From Felis catus (Eukaryota): 64,000 nt of DNA. Both the position numbers and the translations under genes were made by a program. Where the stretch lies: NCBI RefSeq assembly GCF_018350175.1, contig NC_058368.1, positions 156,366,001 through 156,430,000 of the forward strand, read 5' to 3'. The stretch's first letter is position 1. Each line of letters opens with the position of its first letter. The notes under the pieces are model-generated. The model worked only from the letters and a program-made list of their open reading frames with translations, was not told where the DNA came from and searched no databases. Shown piece by piece: positions 35,601 through 50,600 of this stretch.

Positions 35601-38600
35601 ATTTTCTGTACTATAAAGCATTTGTTTCTTGATTTGCTGAGTTGAAGCATTCAATTTAAGTCATTAGCTAAACAGAAGTCCTCAGTTTATGCTAATATTG
35701 TTTTGTCATAATGTCAATCAGCAAGTGTTGCAGAGTGACACAATGGCAGTGAATTTCATTGTCATTAATCTGAGAAAGCTTTGGGCTTTCCTTGGCAAAG
35801 AGCAGAGGTGAGCTGTGTCAAGGTTAGGAGGGAGGTATAAATTTTGCTAAGCTTGGTGGTTAGTCCTACTTTTCTTTCTGATGTCTTTAAGTGCTATTTA
35901 ATGATAACCCTACTATTATAGGTAGAAATGGAAGCTACTTTGTATTTAAAAATAAGGAAATTGAGGCTAAAGAGTTTAAGGAACTTCTTCAAGGTGTCAC
36001 AGCTTGTTAGGGCAAAGTCTTGACTAGGGGCCAAGTCTCCATTGCAACATACTTTCTCTTGCTTCAGATGCCAGTGTTTTAAACAGGAAGAGGCACATTA
36101 TGTGTATTATGTTTGCATCTTTCTGACAGAGGTACTAGAGGAGCCATGTGTCTTCTATTGCCATGGGATATTATGTAAAGCCCTAACCTGGGAGTCGGAA
36201 GGCCAAGATTGTAGTTTGTTCTACATGATACACTAGTCGGTTTTTGGAAGATCACCAAATTGATTGATTCAATGGAAATTACTTGTACTGGCAGTCAATA
36301 GAGACACTAGAGAACTGTATTGACAAAATGTCTGATAATAGACTTTAACACATTAGAAAGGGGATTCTAAGATAAATATATGTCATGTGCAGATCATGTC
36401 TATCTTTCATTTGTTTGTTAATTCTCAGGGTTTTCTGTTCTTTCAGCTTTAGCAAACATTTCAATATTCCAGGAAAGCTTGTCTCCCTTGATGATGTATT
36501 TGCCATATTCTCACTAATCTCCTTCTAAATCATATATATTCACTCTGTTAGAATTGGTAGCATTATTTATACACTGTTAAAGTCACAGTGAGTACAGTCC
36601 ATAGCGCAATATCTTGGCCCTGTGGTGACAGTGAGTGGCATAGATAAGAATATAACGTGAAAGGGTCCAAAACCCTGATTTGAAAGTGTCTTTTTGTATA
36701 AAAATTTACTATAATGAATATGTGGTAGTATGGATGCTTAGCTAATGTCACACAGGTAAGAATAATTTTAACAAGATCTTTCTTACCATGGCAAAGAAGC
36801 TACAGTAATTCCTTAAAAGTACTACCTGTCTCTATTTAATAACAGTAGTATCAAGGTAAATTGGATAATAGGCACTATCAAAATTAATTTGTGGTACCAA
36901 GTACATGTGTACATACATTTGTGTAAGGAAAGAGAAAGGTCCCAACTGGTTGATTTTGTGGGGTCTTTTTTTAATTGATGGAGTGCTGGATTGTGGTTTT
37001 ACATGAGACTTAGCTCTGTGGGCTAACCTCCTTTTTCCCTATTCAGAGCCTTATGACTAGGGATCTGAAGTGATCCTGATTTATTCTACTCTTGGGATGG
37101 AGAATATTTTGCGAAATCAAAATTTGCCAATCTCTTGATAGTTTCCTAAGTAATGTCATTGCTGACATTCAGATAAACATTTTGTTGCAAGGAACATTCT
37201 GCAGCATGGATCTTGATATGATCAACTTTTAGTTCAAATGTAGATTCTCACTGTCCTGTTTTATGTTCTCTTGATAAGTTGAACCCTGAGAAATAAAACT
37301 TGCTCAGAGTGATTATCTCCATGTTGGCTTTACAAAGTCAAGAGTTGGCTTCCTGCAAACTACTTTGAAGACTAGCTAAGACTCAATGCCTAAGGGAGTG
37401 AGTTGTGGTCAGCTTATGGCTCGGACCCTACCAGGGTACTAGGGGAGGAGTTGGTACTTTCCCGCCTGCTGATACAGCCAGTCCTACTGCTAGCTGCCCG
37501 GGTCACACAGCTGCAACTGCAAGACTTAAACACAGCCCTCTAATCAGGGTGGGCGAGAGGGTGGTACTGATGCCCAGTCATGAATCCTGACCTGGCAGCA
37601 TCGAGCTGTGGTCAAGGTTCTTCTGTGTTGAGGCTCCTGATGATATTACAGGAAGGGTAGTGCTTCCCTAACCATGCAGCTTAAAATCTCCTCGGCCCCA
37701 TTCTTCATAGTCTCTCTCTCACATTCTAATGTCCAGCCCTGCCTTAATGCAGTACGGCCATACAGTGTGATAGAGCCACAGGGAACTTGCACACCTACCT
37801 AAGCACCCTGACTCTGGGCTTTTCCTCAGTAAACACTGTTTTGGCAGGCCTGGTGTATGTGCTGCTTGCACAACAAACCAGAACTAGAACTTTAGTTTTG
37901 AAGTTAGTAATAGCTTCTTATAATAAGGAATGATGGTACTCTTACGAAATATTTTATACTGTAGGAACCTTGTCTGCTGAAGGCAGGAGAAAGAAATCCA
38001 GTAGTCTCTGATGGTTCGTGATTTCTCTGCCCTTAACCCCATATTAGGTTTAGTATAGTTGTGGAACATAGCACTTACCATCTATTTGGATACTATAACA
38101 TTTATTTATTAAAATCTTTTCACATGTTTTGTACCCAGCTGTTAATTTGGCATTTTTTTTCACACATCCAACCCACCTAAAGAACAAATACCGAAAGTAA
38201 AGGAATTTCAACTAGTTTTAATGTCATTGTGGAAAAGTGTTAATTTTTAAATCAAAAGTGTTTAAAAATATTTTTATACCTCTTTGCCTTCATATTTTGT
38301 GAATTAGAGATTTTCCACATTAGGGTAAAGCATACTTACTGTAATTAAAGTTTGTATGCTTGCTTTATTTTTTATAGGAATTTAATGTTTAGAAGTGATA
38401 ATATAGAACAATATTCATCTTTAAGAATTGATTCCTATACATCTCTAAATTAGGTAATGTAACTTGATACAATTTATTAAATAGAATTTTAACCAATCTG
38501 TTTCTTTACAACAATCTTGTTTGCTAAAGTTCTTATTCATTGTGTTTTTTAAGTCTTTTTCTGGAGTATGCCATATGGAGAAATGGAAAGTTTAATTTTA

Positions 38601-41600
38601 TATATAAACAGGGATGGCTAAGTCTATTTTTTTTTTTAATATCTCTGTATTCCTGTTAACAGAAATCCACAGAAGCCGGATATCTCCTCCATGTTTTAAT
38701 GGAATTACTGCCATAGTAAAGCACTTGACACTGTTGAATAATGATAGTTTAAAAGTTTATTCTAAGCTGTCTGTATATAAGTACTGGAGGTTTTGTTTTA
38801 TTAGCGGTTTTGTCATATGGATATAAAGATTTAGATATGGATAGGGGGAGGAAGGAGAGGCAGAAAATGGAGAGAGGGAATTAGCTTGCTGCGGTTCTCA
38901 GGAACACCTTTTAGTGTTAGCGTACTCTAATTTTAAATAGCTAAGTTTGCCTCAACAAGTATTTGAAATAAACACTAATAAAAAAAAAACATCTATTTTA
39001 ATATGCATTACTAATATTTGTCCCATCTTAATGTTAGGTCTTCAAACATGAACTCGCCTACTTACTCACAGGAATTCTTGGAGCAGCAATAGATTATTGG
39101 ATCTTCCTTGGTCTGAAGAGGGGTAAAAATGTGATGCGGCACATGTCTGATGACTTAGGAAGTTATGTTTCCCTTTCATGTGATGGTGAGTGTTCTGTGT
39201 TGTTTTTCTTAGACCTATTATGTGATTTTCCTTTAGACAGTCTGTAATCTTTAACGTACATTCATATGAAGCTTTCTTAAAATAGTTACACACACACAGG
39301 CATGCATAACATAGAAACAGTATAAAGAAGGTAAAAATTCTTCATCATGAATGTTCCCACGCAGATAAACATTTAACTTTTTTATCTATTTCTTTCTAGT
39401 AATATCTAAGTATTTTTATACTCTTGAACTCGTATATATCATTTTATACTCTTATTTTCCTCTAAATGTTACATGAGCCTTCACCCCCACCACATTATTT
39501 ATTTTTCAAAATATTATTTTGATGACTTCACAAAAATGGAATATTAGATGGTAATATAGAAAATAGTACCTGGAAATATTTATTTATGTGCAACATTATT
39601 AATATTTTCCTTAATCATATAATTAAAAATTATAAGTAAACTACCCTATGCAAGTAAATATTTGACCAAATTTTTTTTAATTTCAAAAAATTTTTTTATT
39701 AACTAGACAAATTTAAATCAGTTTATTGTCTTTTCATTGAAGTAGCGGATTAACTTTTTTATGTATGGCGTTTCAGAATCTTACATGGTAAGAACAATTT
39801 TCAGTCCTTTTAATACGTATAATCATTGAGGTTGAGTAGAAAGCATTATCCTTCATCTTATATGTGCTATATGAACAGTTCCCAGGTCTCTTCCTATTTA
39901 AATACTTAACAGTAGTAAAATGAAATTCACTGACTCAGAATACTTACTTTATAAAACCACTTGTATTAACTTGTTTATCTTATTAACTCACTATCACTGT
40001 TTAAAACTTTTGCCCCCATGTACCTGTTGCTATATAATTTTTCTTATTATAAAAAGCTGCTACTATTTTCAATTGAGTCTGGTGGTGTAGCAAATGAGCC
40101 TGGATGAAGCAAAAAGAAGTAATTCATATGTATAATTTTCTCACTCTTTCTCCTCCCCCAATCATCCATTCTAGTTTTAAATTTTCCTCTAAAATAACTC
40201 ATTTTCACATGCTCACTTTATGAACGGTTCTACCTAACTCTTGGTCTCCAGAGTGGGGGAGACTTCCAAAAGACCTGAGGGCACCATTCCTGAACTTCAA
40301 AGTCAGGTTAGGGAACTATGAATCTTGTCATTTCTTTCTTTCTCACTTGTATCCTAACTTCCTAAAATGAATGTATTTTATTTTTTTTCAACGTTTATTT
40401 TTTTTTGGGACAGAGAGAGACAGAGCATGAACGGGGGAGGGGCAGAGAGAGAGGGAGACACAGAATCAGAAACAGGCTCCAGGCTCTGAGCCATCAGCCC
40501 AGAACCTGACGCGGGGCTCGAACTCCCGGACCGCGAGATCGTGACCTGGCTGAAGTCGGACGCTTAACCGACTGCGCCACCCAGGCGCCCCTAAAATGAA
40601 TGTATTTTAAAACAAGTGAGTTTTTGTGGCCCTCAAATATAAAAGATAATTTTTTATATACTGCAAAAATTTTAGACTGCCAAGTATTCTTTTTTGTTAT
40701 ACATGTGTTTCAGTACATCTAGGTTTTATGTAAAAGAAAAAGTTCTTGAATATGCTTTAATATCACTTTAATACTTTGAAGAAAGATTCTAGAATAGGAA
40801 TCCAGGACTAAAACTGTAGTTCAGGATTTATTCGATGATGCCCTCTGCAAACAGAGGTCTCTTTTATACTACTGAACTTAGAAGATTTTTATCTCAAGCA
40901 TTTTATCTTCTTTCCCTTTTTCTTTGAGCTGAGGGGTGATTACTGTTACTTTTGTGGAGTAGCTAGTCTTTGTTGTTTGACTTTTTAACATTCCTTAGCT
41001 CAAATTCAATATTCCTCTAAAATCCTTTCTTATTTATTTCACTCCATTCCTACTGGGTAGTTCTTTTGTTGCTGTCGTTGATGTTCTTGTTGTTTTAGAA
41101 ATAGCAAATTTCTGTCATTATTTGCTAGCATGAGAACTGAACATTTAGCTAAAAGGATTCCCCTGCTTGTATTCCATAATGAAACTTCTTTGAGTTGGGG
41201 GACCCAGGACAGGATTTGCAGTGGCTTTAGAAGCCATCAGTATAGTTAAATGTCTTGTTTCCAGTATGTGTTGGTTACCTTGAAGGTAATACAATTTGTC
41301 TCATAGTTTAGCCAAATGCAGAAAATATGAGCCTGTATTAATAGGGTTTCATTATATGTTCTGAGTCAGGTTCAATGCTTTCTTCACTCATATGCTGATT
41401 TGCACTGTACTTTAAAGCAAGGTATTGTTATCCACTGCTATTTCTTCCTTTCACATGACAAATTTAAACCCAACAAGTTTGAGCCTATGACTGACTTAAG
41501 CTAAAGCTAGATGTTAATGTTACCATTACGATCTTTTTGACACACTGAGCGATTACTTTGCTTCCCCCTGATATGTTTGATCACTAGTATTTAAAACTCT

Positions 41601-44600
41601 AGTTGAGTTTTAAACTATATCCATGTTTGAAAAGTAGGCTTAACCCTTTTTTTTTTTTTTAAACTCTTCTCAAAACACACATAATTGGTCCTTTGGGCTT
41701 CTAATTCAGCTACAGGTGGGCAGTTTTAAAAAAGACATTTCTAAAATGGTTCAAATTAATATCTTCCTAAATTTTTGTTGTTAGTATGACTTGATTTGTT
41801 ACTATTGTCAAGAGACAGAAATCAAGTGAACAGTTTAAGAGAACAGTAAGTAGCTTTTCTATAGTTAATATACAAAATTAAAGTGTTTATCATGGACTTT
41901 AATAGCATAATAACTTTTATCCCTACAAGTGGACCAGGTGTTTTAATAATGTCCTTTTTGTCAGTATGTCAGTATTTTGATAAAGAACGATTTCTTTATC
42001 TCTGGATACTCCCTTTTTTAAAATTTCTTTGCATTTTTCATCAGGTGCTTTTTGCTTTTCCTAAGTCACTAGTAAAGATGTTATAGTTTGTTACATAACA
42101 TTTAATTGAAGATAATGGTCCATCTTTCTCATGGCCAACTGTACATTTTTGTTTTTCTTAGTGCAAAAATACAAATCATATTATGATGCTACTCAGATTC
42201 AAATCTATTAATTTCAGTTTAGTAAAACCGTTGTTCGTTTTTGTTCTGTAGAAGATTAAGGTAGAAGATATTTCAGTAGATAAGTAAAATCCTTTCTTCT
42301 TTCCTTCAGATCTCGTCCGTTAACCCACATTGATGTCCTTCTCTTTTATTTCTAAACACTTTGAACAGAAAGAGTTTTCTTACATCCCTTTCTATATTTT
42401 AAGATCAGGTGATCTGAAATTGTTTTTTTATGCTTATTGAAATTTCTAGTATATTGGCTTAAACCAGGGGTTGGCAAACTTTTTTTGTGTATGATATCAC
42501 ATAGTAAGCATTGTTGGCTCTACAGGCTCGTAGTCTATCTCAGCTCCTCAGCTCTGCAGTTGTACGAAGAGCAGCCATACACAGAACATAAATGGACATG
42601 GTGATGTTTCAGTAAAACTTTATTTATAAAAATAGCAAGATATTGTTTCTTAACTTCTAACTTAAATTTATTTTTTCTCCTGCTTTTAGTGGGAAGAAAA
42701 CATGTCATCAAAATGTACTATAATATTTTTTACATCTTTAGAGAAATTTAGTAAAACTCCCTTTACCCTTCGCAGACTACTTCATTATTTTTTCCTGATA
42801 AATAATGTTTCCAAACTCTTTTATTTTTTAATTCCTCTCCATTTTTCAGACCGCTTTCATAAACATGTTTTCATAATTTTACTAATTATCTCATCAGAAT
42901 GTTTCTATTCACTTTATTTATTCAACATATTTTTATTGCTACTCTCCTAAGCACCGAAATAAATACTGTGTCTAGTGAAGGGGTGGGTAACAAAATGTGG
43001 CCCTTGATTTTTTGGAGTTTTTGGTGAGAGAAACAGACTATAATTAGATTAATGTAAATATATCGTTTAAAAATGCTGAGTGCTTCAAACAAGAAAAACT
43101 AGGTGTTGAGATGGGTGAACTTATACTTCATATCAGGTAATCGTGTAAAACAGAACCTGAAGGAAAAGTAGGAGTTGGGCAGACAGGGAAACATGTTTCC
43201 ATTAGAAGACACAACATTTACCAAAACTGAGATAGGAAGAAGCAGGGCCTGTTTGAAATCTTAAGGTAGCTAGCTGATGGCAAGATGCAAGAAGAGTAGC
43301 CAGAATAAAGGCAAAGAAATTGTAAGAGAGTTTGCAGAGGAACTCCTAAGCCAGGTTGATGAGTTAGAAGCTCTTTTAGGGGTGCCTGAGTCACTCAGTC
43401 AGTTAAGCATCTGACTTTGGCTCAGGTCATGATCTCACGTTTTGTGGGTTGGAGCCCCCAGTTGGGCTCTATGCTGACAGCTCAGAGCCTGGAGCCTGCC
43501 TCAGATTCTGTGTCCCCCTCTCTCTCTCTGCCCCTCCCCTGCTTGCACTCTGTCTGTCTCTCTCTGAAAAATAAACAAACGTTTAAAAAAAAAAAAGTTT
43601 TTTTTAACAAGGGAGTGGCATGACTTGATAAACACTTTTTAAAAAGCCTATCAAATGCTCTTTCTGGGTGAATAACTTCAATTGGATCATCTCCTTTGAG
43701 CAATACAGTGCAAGTTGTTTCTACTTTGTTTTTGCCTCTGCTTAGAGGTGATATGTTAAGAGATCAGTTGGTTGTAATAAACACTGTGATGTTAGGCTTT
43801 TTTTTTAAATGTATAACTAGAGATTTAATATTCAAAAGAATTCTTTCAGAATAGAAAATTTTTGCAAATCATATATCAGATAAGGGGTTAATATTCAAAG
43901 TATATAAAGAGCTAACAAAACTTGAGAGCAGACAGTCTGTTAAAAATTGGGCGGAAGAACTAAATTTGTCCAAAGAGGAATCAAAATGCCTAACAGGCAC
44001 ATGAAAAGATGCTCAGCAGCACTAATCATCAAGGAGGTACAAATCAAAATGACAGTGAGATATCACCTCACACCAGTTGGAAGGGCTATCATCAAGAAGA
44101 CAAGACAGTGGTTCACATGGATGTGTTAAAAAGGGAGCCTGTATACACTATTAATGGGGATGTACAGTAGTCCGAATGCTATGGAAAATAACATGGAAGT
44201 TCCTCAACAAATTAAAAATTGATCCACCGTGCAATTCAGCAGTACCACTTCTGGGTACATACCCAGAGGAAATGAAAACAGGATTTTGATGAGGTTTATG
44301 CACACCCATGTTTGTCACAGCATTATTCACAATAGCCAAGATATGGAAAAACCCAAATGCCCATCGTTGGATGAATGGATACAAAAGATGTGATATACAT
44401 ATACCATGGACTCTTATTCAGCCATGAGAAGGGAGAATATTCTTCTATTCACAACAACATGGATGGACCTTGAGCACGTTACACTAAATGAGAGAGACAA
44501 GTACTGTATGAAGTCACCTACACGTGGAATCTTAAAAAGTCAAACCTGCAAAAAACAAAAAGCAAACCCAGTAAAATTAATGTGACATACATTGGGTTCT

Positions 44601-47600
44601 GGAATCAAACGGTCAAGAAAGAGTTCTTGGGATGTCTTTGGTGCAAAAGCACAGCGACAGGAATCATGGGCAGAAAAAGCTACACTGGGATTGTGAGGAG
44701 TGACTGATGATACACTATTAAGTTGGGAGGGGCTTAGGGATACTGTAAGTCTCTAAGGAATTTGGAAGCAAGGTTTTTGGGACCTTGAGGGGCCAGCTGC
44801 TGTTTAAGAATAAGGTCATTTACTAATCTCTAGTAAAACCTTAGTCATGAGACTCTTCAGATGTGTATCAGGGGGCCATACGTTTGGAGGATAATTGCTA
44901 ACCTATAGCTTGGGATGGGGGGCAGGGGGGTTGGCAGGGAGTAGAGATAAAGGAAGTTTTGTTAAAGAAAACTTACAGGATCCTGGAGGTTGGGCTAACA
45001 TCATAACGTCAGGCTAAGGTTGCCTTTTGCATCTAGCAAAGTACTAACATTGAGGCATTTGAGTTCACGTAGGAAGGTCCCTCTGCCTGTCTTAAGTACT
45101 TGTCAGTGGGCTGCAAAGGAAATTTAATATTTTTTTCTTCTATGCTTCTTTTGCCTTTGTTTTCCATATCACAGTGGTGGTTACTATAGGATGGGGAGTG
45201 AGGGGATAAAGTTGATTGTGTTTAAGGCTACAAACTTGAAGCGAGTAGTAAATAAGCCATAGAGATCTATCTAATATACAATATGATGAACACAGATAAT
45301 AATATTGTAGTATAATGATGTTATATAATAAATGCTACTTCAGTGGCAATCACGTTACAGTATATAAAAGTTTCAATGTGACAGGCTGTACACCTTAAAT
45401 TTATAAAATGTCATATGGCAAGTTGATTAAAATCTTTTGATGATCATTCTTACTGCTTGCACAGTTTCAGTATTTACAGTGCAGTAGGTTGTAAGTAGTC
45501 AGTTGTAACAAAAGGTTGTAAATAACTCCTTTCTCATTTCCAGTTCTTATAATTGTATCTCAGTGGAGGCTATTTTGGAAAGGTTTATTTGAATTGAGCA
45601 GTCTCCTATATGTGTGGGGCTAGGTGGATCTACTTAACATCTGACCGGAGCCCTTTGCCTATATGGCAGTGTGTGCCTCAAGGCAAGAAGTTTAGGTCTT
45701 TAGGCAAGGCAGAATTTCTAGGTTAGCCTGGACACTGTTTATATTTGGGGCTGGATCATTCTTTGTTGTTGGAGACTGTCCTATGAACTGTGAATTGTAG
45801 GGCTTTCAGTAGTAGCTGTGTCCTTTGGCCACTGAATGCCAGTAGCACTTCCCACACTAGTTATGACAACCAAACCTTGCCAAATGTTCCCTGGAGGAAT
45901 TCCCCACCCACTTAGTTCATTCTTTCTCCCTCTTCACCCTGCTATGTCCCCCTCCTGCAGTCAAAATTCAGACAATCAAGAACTGCAGGAATACCAGCCC
46001 TGAGCCTTTTGTTAAGGCATTTGAGCAGGATAGGACTCTTGTTGGGTGTCTGGAGTCTTTTCAGCCCAAAGGAACTCAGCCCCTGTGTACAGAGGTCAAG
46101 TTTTATACTTCATATTGATATTTAGTTTGTCATTCTGTTCAATTTTTAAAATGCATTTTAACCTGTTATGTTTGTTTTGCTGATTTTATTGACTTTTTCC
46201 AGAGTTTGTAGTAAGGGAGAACAGAATATGCCACCCCAAAATGTGCCACCTTGGCATGTGGGTTATTTTGAGCTAAAGACAGTTGAGGACCAACAGACTT
46301 TAGGAAGAGTTTTATCTCCCCCTTAACTGCCTAAAATAATTTAAGTAACTTTCTTCCTAGACTAGGCCTTCTATACAAAGAGTATGGGCCAGATGTGGTA
46401 AGCTGGGGCTAACTTGACAGGGTCTGTTTGTTCTGATTCCTGTATGTGTCCCATTGTCTCTGCATAGTATGACAGACATTTTGTTACCATACATTTGCTT
46501 TTCCCAATTGCCTCAATTGCCAAGTGTCTTTGAACCTCTCCTGTCTGTGTGTGGCTCCTGCATGAAAGGAATTAAATTTGTTTTTCTTCTGTTAGCCTTA
46601 TGTCAATTTAATTAAGACACCAGCCAAAAGAACCTAGAAGGGTGGAGGAAAAAATGTTCCTCCCCTACAAGTGGCCACAGAGAAAGAGTAGTTTTAGTGT
46701 CTGGATGGTGGACATTCTGTGGCTGCTGCAGCTGAGAGATCCTGGGACCATTTTCAGAAAGCCACAGAAGGTAAGAATTCTTATCATGTCAGTTTCCCAG
46801 ATCTCTGCCTGCGGCGTCCAGTGGAAGCAAGAATAGTGAGAGTCCTCTTTTTCCTTTTATAAATTTAGATTAGCAGGAGGAAATATTTGTGAAACTAGTT
46901 CCTTGCATATAGGGACTCTAGGAAAGGTGTGTAATTAGTACTCTTGGTTTTGTTTAATTTTTTTTTTTATTTAAGTAATCTCTGCATCCAACATGGGTCT
47001 TGAACTCATGATCTCAAGATCAAGAGTTGAATGCTCTTCCAGTTGACCAGCCAGGCACCCCAAGTTCTCTTGGTTTTTATTGGTCATTTTCCTCTCAAAG
47101 ATGGTCACTGTTTTTCTTTGTCTCTCTGTTGTGTTATTTGTCATAAGGAGGAAAATTGTAGGGTGTAACAAACACAAGCCCTATAAACCTGCTATTTGAG
47201 CCACTGACCTCACAGACTAGTGAGTTCACGGTTCTCTGACTCTTATCAAATTGGCATTTGTTTAGACAAGCTTTGTTGTGCATTAACATGCACATAAGGT
47301 GAAGACTTTTGGAAGCCAAAGCTGCAAGGTTGGTGGGCACGGGTCAAGCACTTAAAAGCTATTAGAGTGCTCACTACCTAACTCAGTGACCCCATGTTAG
47401 GATAAGTTGGTCCTAGAATAGGTTAGATTGGCACTAGGTCACCCATCATCCTCAAGATAATTTCTGTGCAGTGAGGTTCTTTGATTTAAAATAACTCAAA
47501 ATTTCCAACTGAGCATCATGTCCCTATTAAGTATTACTCTGGCTCTGAGAGCCCCGAGGCTCAGTTAGTATACATATAAGAAAAACTGGATGAGGTTTTA

Positions 47601-50600
47601 CTTTTCTCTCGTTCTGTATCTTGAGAACTTGGCTTTGTGACCAGTGAGAATATTTTCTATCCTCTCTGCCAGGTGCAAGGTGCACATACCAGCATGCATC
47701 TTGGTGGCCACTCAAATAGACTGGAGTTGCGAGACATGAAGTCATAAGCAGCACTCTCTTTCTCTGAGTGTGCAGTCTATGAGGGGAGTTTGTTATGAGA
47801 GGTCCCACTCAGTCCGTAAGGGGTTTTAGCCGTCTCAACCTGTGTCATTTTGTCAGTGCTAGAAAAGTCCCATTCCAGTAGCGCCTGCCTGGTATCATAG
47901 ATTAGCATGTGTGTGACTGGAGATGTCTCACATTCTCCTTGGAAACCTGAGACAGTGTTATCATTATACCATTTTTACTGTAATAACTTTTGTAGACTCT
48001 TTGAGTGAACTTCTTGAATCATAGGGGTTGCCTCTTCTGTACCCACTTGAGGAATGTCTCTTGTGTCCATGGTAAAAATTGATTCAGAGCATAGAAAGTT
48101 GCTTCCGGGTTTTTCCACAAAAAGGCTTATTAATTTGAGTTTCTATTAAGATTAATACACAATCGTTCTTGTCAATGGCCAGACAGTAGATACTTTATAA
48201 TACAAAAATATATAATTGGTTATATTTAAAAGGAAAAATTTTAGAGAGATGTCATCTTAAACAGTTGGTGCCTTTGGAATGACCAGATTTAAAAAGAGGA
48301 CCTACGGGGCGCCTGGGTGGCTCGGTCGGTTAGGCATCCGACTTCGGCTCAGGTCATGATCTCACGGTCCGTGGGTTCGAGCCCCGCGTCGGGCTCTGTG
48401 CTGACAGCTCAGAGCCTGGAGCCTGTTTCAGACTCTGTGTCTCCCTCTCTCTGTGACCCTCCCCCGTTCATGCTCTGTCTCTCTCTGTCTCAAAAATAAA
48501 TAAACGTTAAAAAAAAAAAAATTAAAAAAAAAAAAAAAGAGGACCTAAAGGGGGCACCTGGGTGGCTCAGAAGGTTAAGCATCTGACTCATGGTTTTGGC
48601 TCAGGTCACAATCTCAGTTTTGTGAGTTCGAGCCCTGCATCAGGCTCTGAGCTGACAGCGCGGAGCCTGCTTCAGATTCTCTCTCTCCCTATTTCTCTCT
48701 CTGCCCCTCTCCCTCCCCCACTCTCACTGCCTCTGTCTCTCTCAAATAAAATAAAACTGAAAAAAGAGTTTAAAAAAAAAAGGACCCAAAGGAATATAAT
48801 CAGTAGCCTTAGGGACTCCTTTACAAGGTTAAATAACAGAAATTAGAACAAAAATTATAGTACACATCCAGTGTAAATTCTCTGTCTTAAATTCCAGTCC
48901 CATCTCCTCAGCAAATTCCCTAACTCCCCGAATTCCCCTGCCTTCCCTAGAAAATTTCGTATACACCCAGCTGCCTGTATAAATTTTAGTTTCTCTAAAA
49001 GATTTGCCTGGAGCTTTTCAGTTTGTACTTCAGACGTGAGTGTATAGGTTTCTAGTTTAAATGCTGAAGACTGGGAAGTAAATTTAAACAGAAGCACCTG
49101 TGACAGGCAGTAGGCCTCACTTTACTATTTCATACAGTTCCTCCTACTTCCCAGGGCTTTGTACTCAGGCTCTGCCAGCTTTGGGCCTTCCTATGCAGTG
49201 TCCCTAGAGGATATGTCCTGGAACCCCCACTGCAAAGAATTCATGACCCATGAACAGGAGCAGATCTTTCACATTATAAAGCCCTCTTACCTCCACTTTC
49301 AGAAGACATACCAAATTTAGAGAGCAGAAACATTAATGGCCATTCACAACACTACTAACAGAGACCTTGATTAGCTGCAAAAGAGTGTTCTCCCCACCCA
49401 TGATGTCGCTGTAGTTAACTGACAAGCCAGATGGCTCCCTGAGGAAAAATCTGCCTCCCATAGGAAACTGGTGACCACAAAGTATCTCTTAGATCCTCCA
49501 ACAGATGATCAGCTGAAGGCCTGAAGGCTGGTGTTTGGGATCTGATAGAAGCAGTAGTAGAGGCTTTTTCCCCTAAGGTGAATTGGTCCAAGGTTGAATT
49601 GTACAGTCTGAAAGAAGGCCTTTGTGTTTTAAAATGCTTAATAGAAACTTTACAGAGGCATATTGCACTAAACCCTGAAGTTATAGATAAGGAAATCTTT
49701 TGGTTTCTATCTTAGTCAGAAATCCTTTCCATGATGCAAGTCTTTATCTTACAGATCTTTGCAAAACCAGAAATGAAGCCCTGGAAACAATTACCAACCC
49801 TCAAGTCTCCCTTATAAATCCGTGTAGATACTGTAAAAGATTGGGACATTGAAAATAGAATTGTCCCTCACTTAAAAAGAAGGCAAAATTTAGATAGTAA
49901 TTACCCCACATCTCTGATAATAGGCAAATGTATCCCAAAAGCTGAATCTTGGAGAAAACTATGGATACTTTGTGCTTTTGTGATGTGAATTTTCTACCCC
50001 CAGATCCTATAAGACCTAAGAGCCATTCTTTGAAATGCAAACTTTAGGAAAAAGTTTTTTATCAAGAAGGAGGGAAAAAGGAGCTTGGTGGAAATAAAGC
50101 GAATAAAAAATCTTAAGTGTCATCTCCATAAATATTGAAAAGCTTTAGCCATCTGAGCAGGTGATTTAACTTATTTCAACTGTCAAAACAAAATTTGGAT
50201 CCAACTGCTCTTTTAAAAACCAGTAAGGTTTGCATTATCATACCCATCTCATGGCTAAAATTTTAAAACAGCTATATTGTGTGTGGTAGATGTATTATTC
50301 TACCTCTGGATAGTGTTGCTAATACCAGTTTTTAAAAGAATTCTACTTAATTTGCTCAAAAACAAACAAGTGCTTTATGGATTAAGTAATCTTAAAATTC
50401 TGAGAAATACATAAGACCTAACACAAATGCCTTTTAGGTCCACATAATTTGGAAAAGCAGTTAGTATTAAAGCTAGTTTAAGTTCATTGGTTTAGTTACA
50501 ATAGACATGTCTTTAAAATTATCAACACTGAATATAATGCAGACATACAACTTACTGTAGCTGAGTTTATTAGTGAAATAAGTTCATGTTATCTCTGTTA

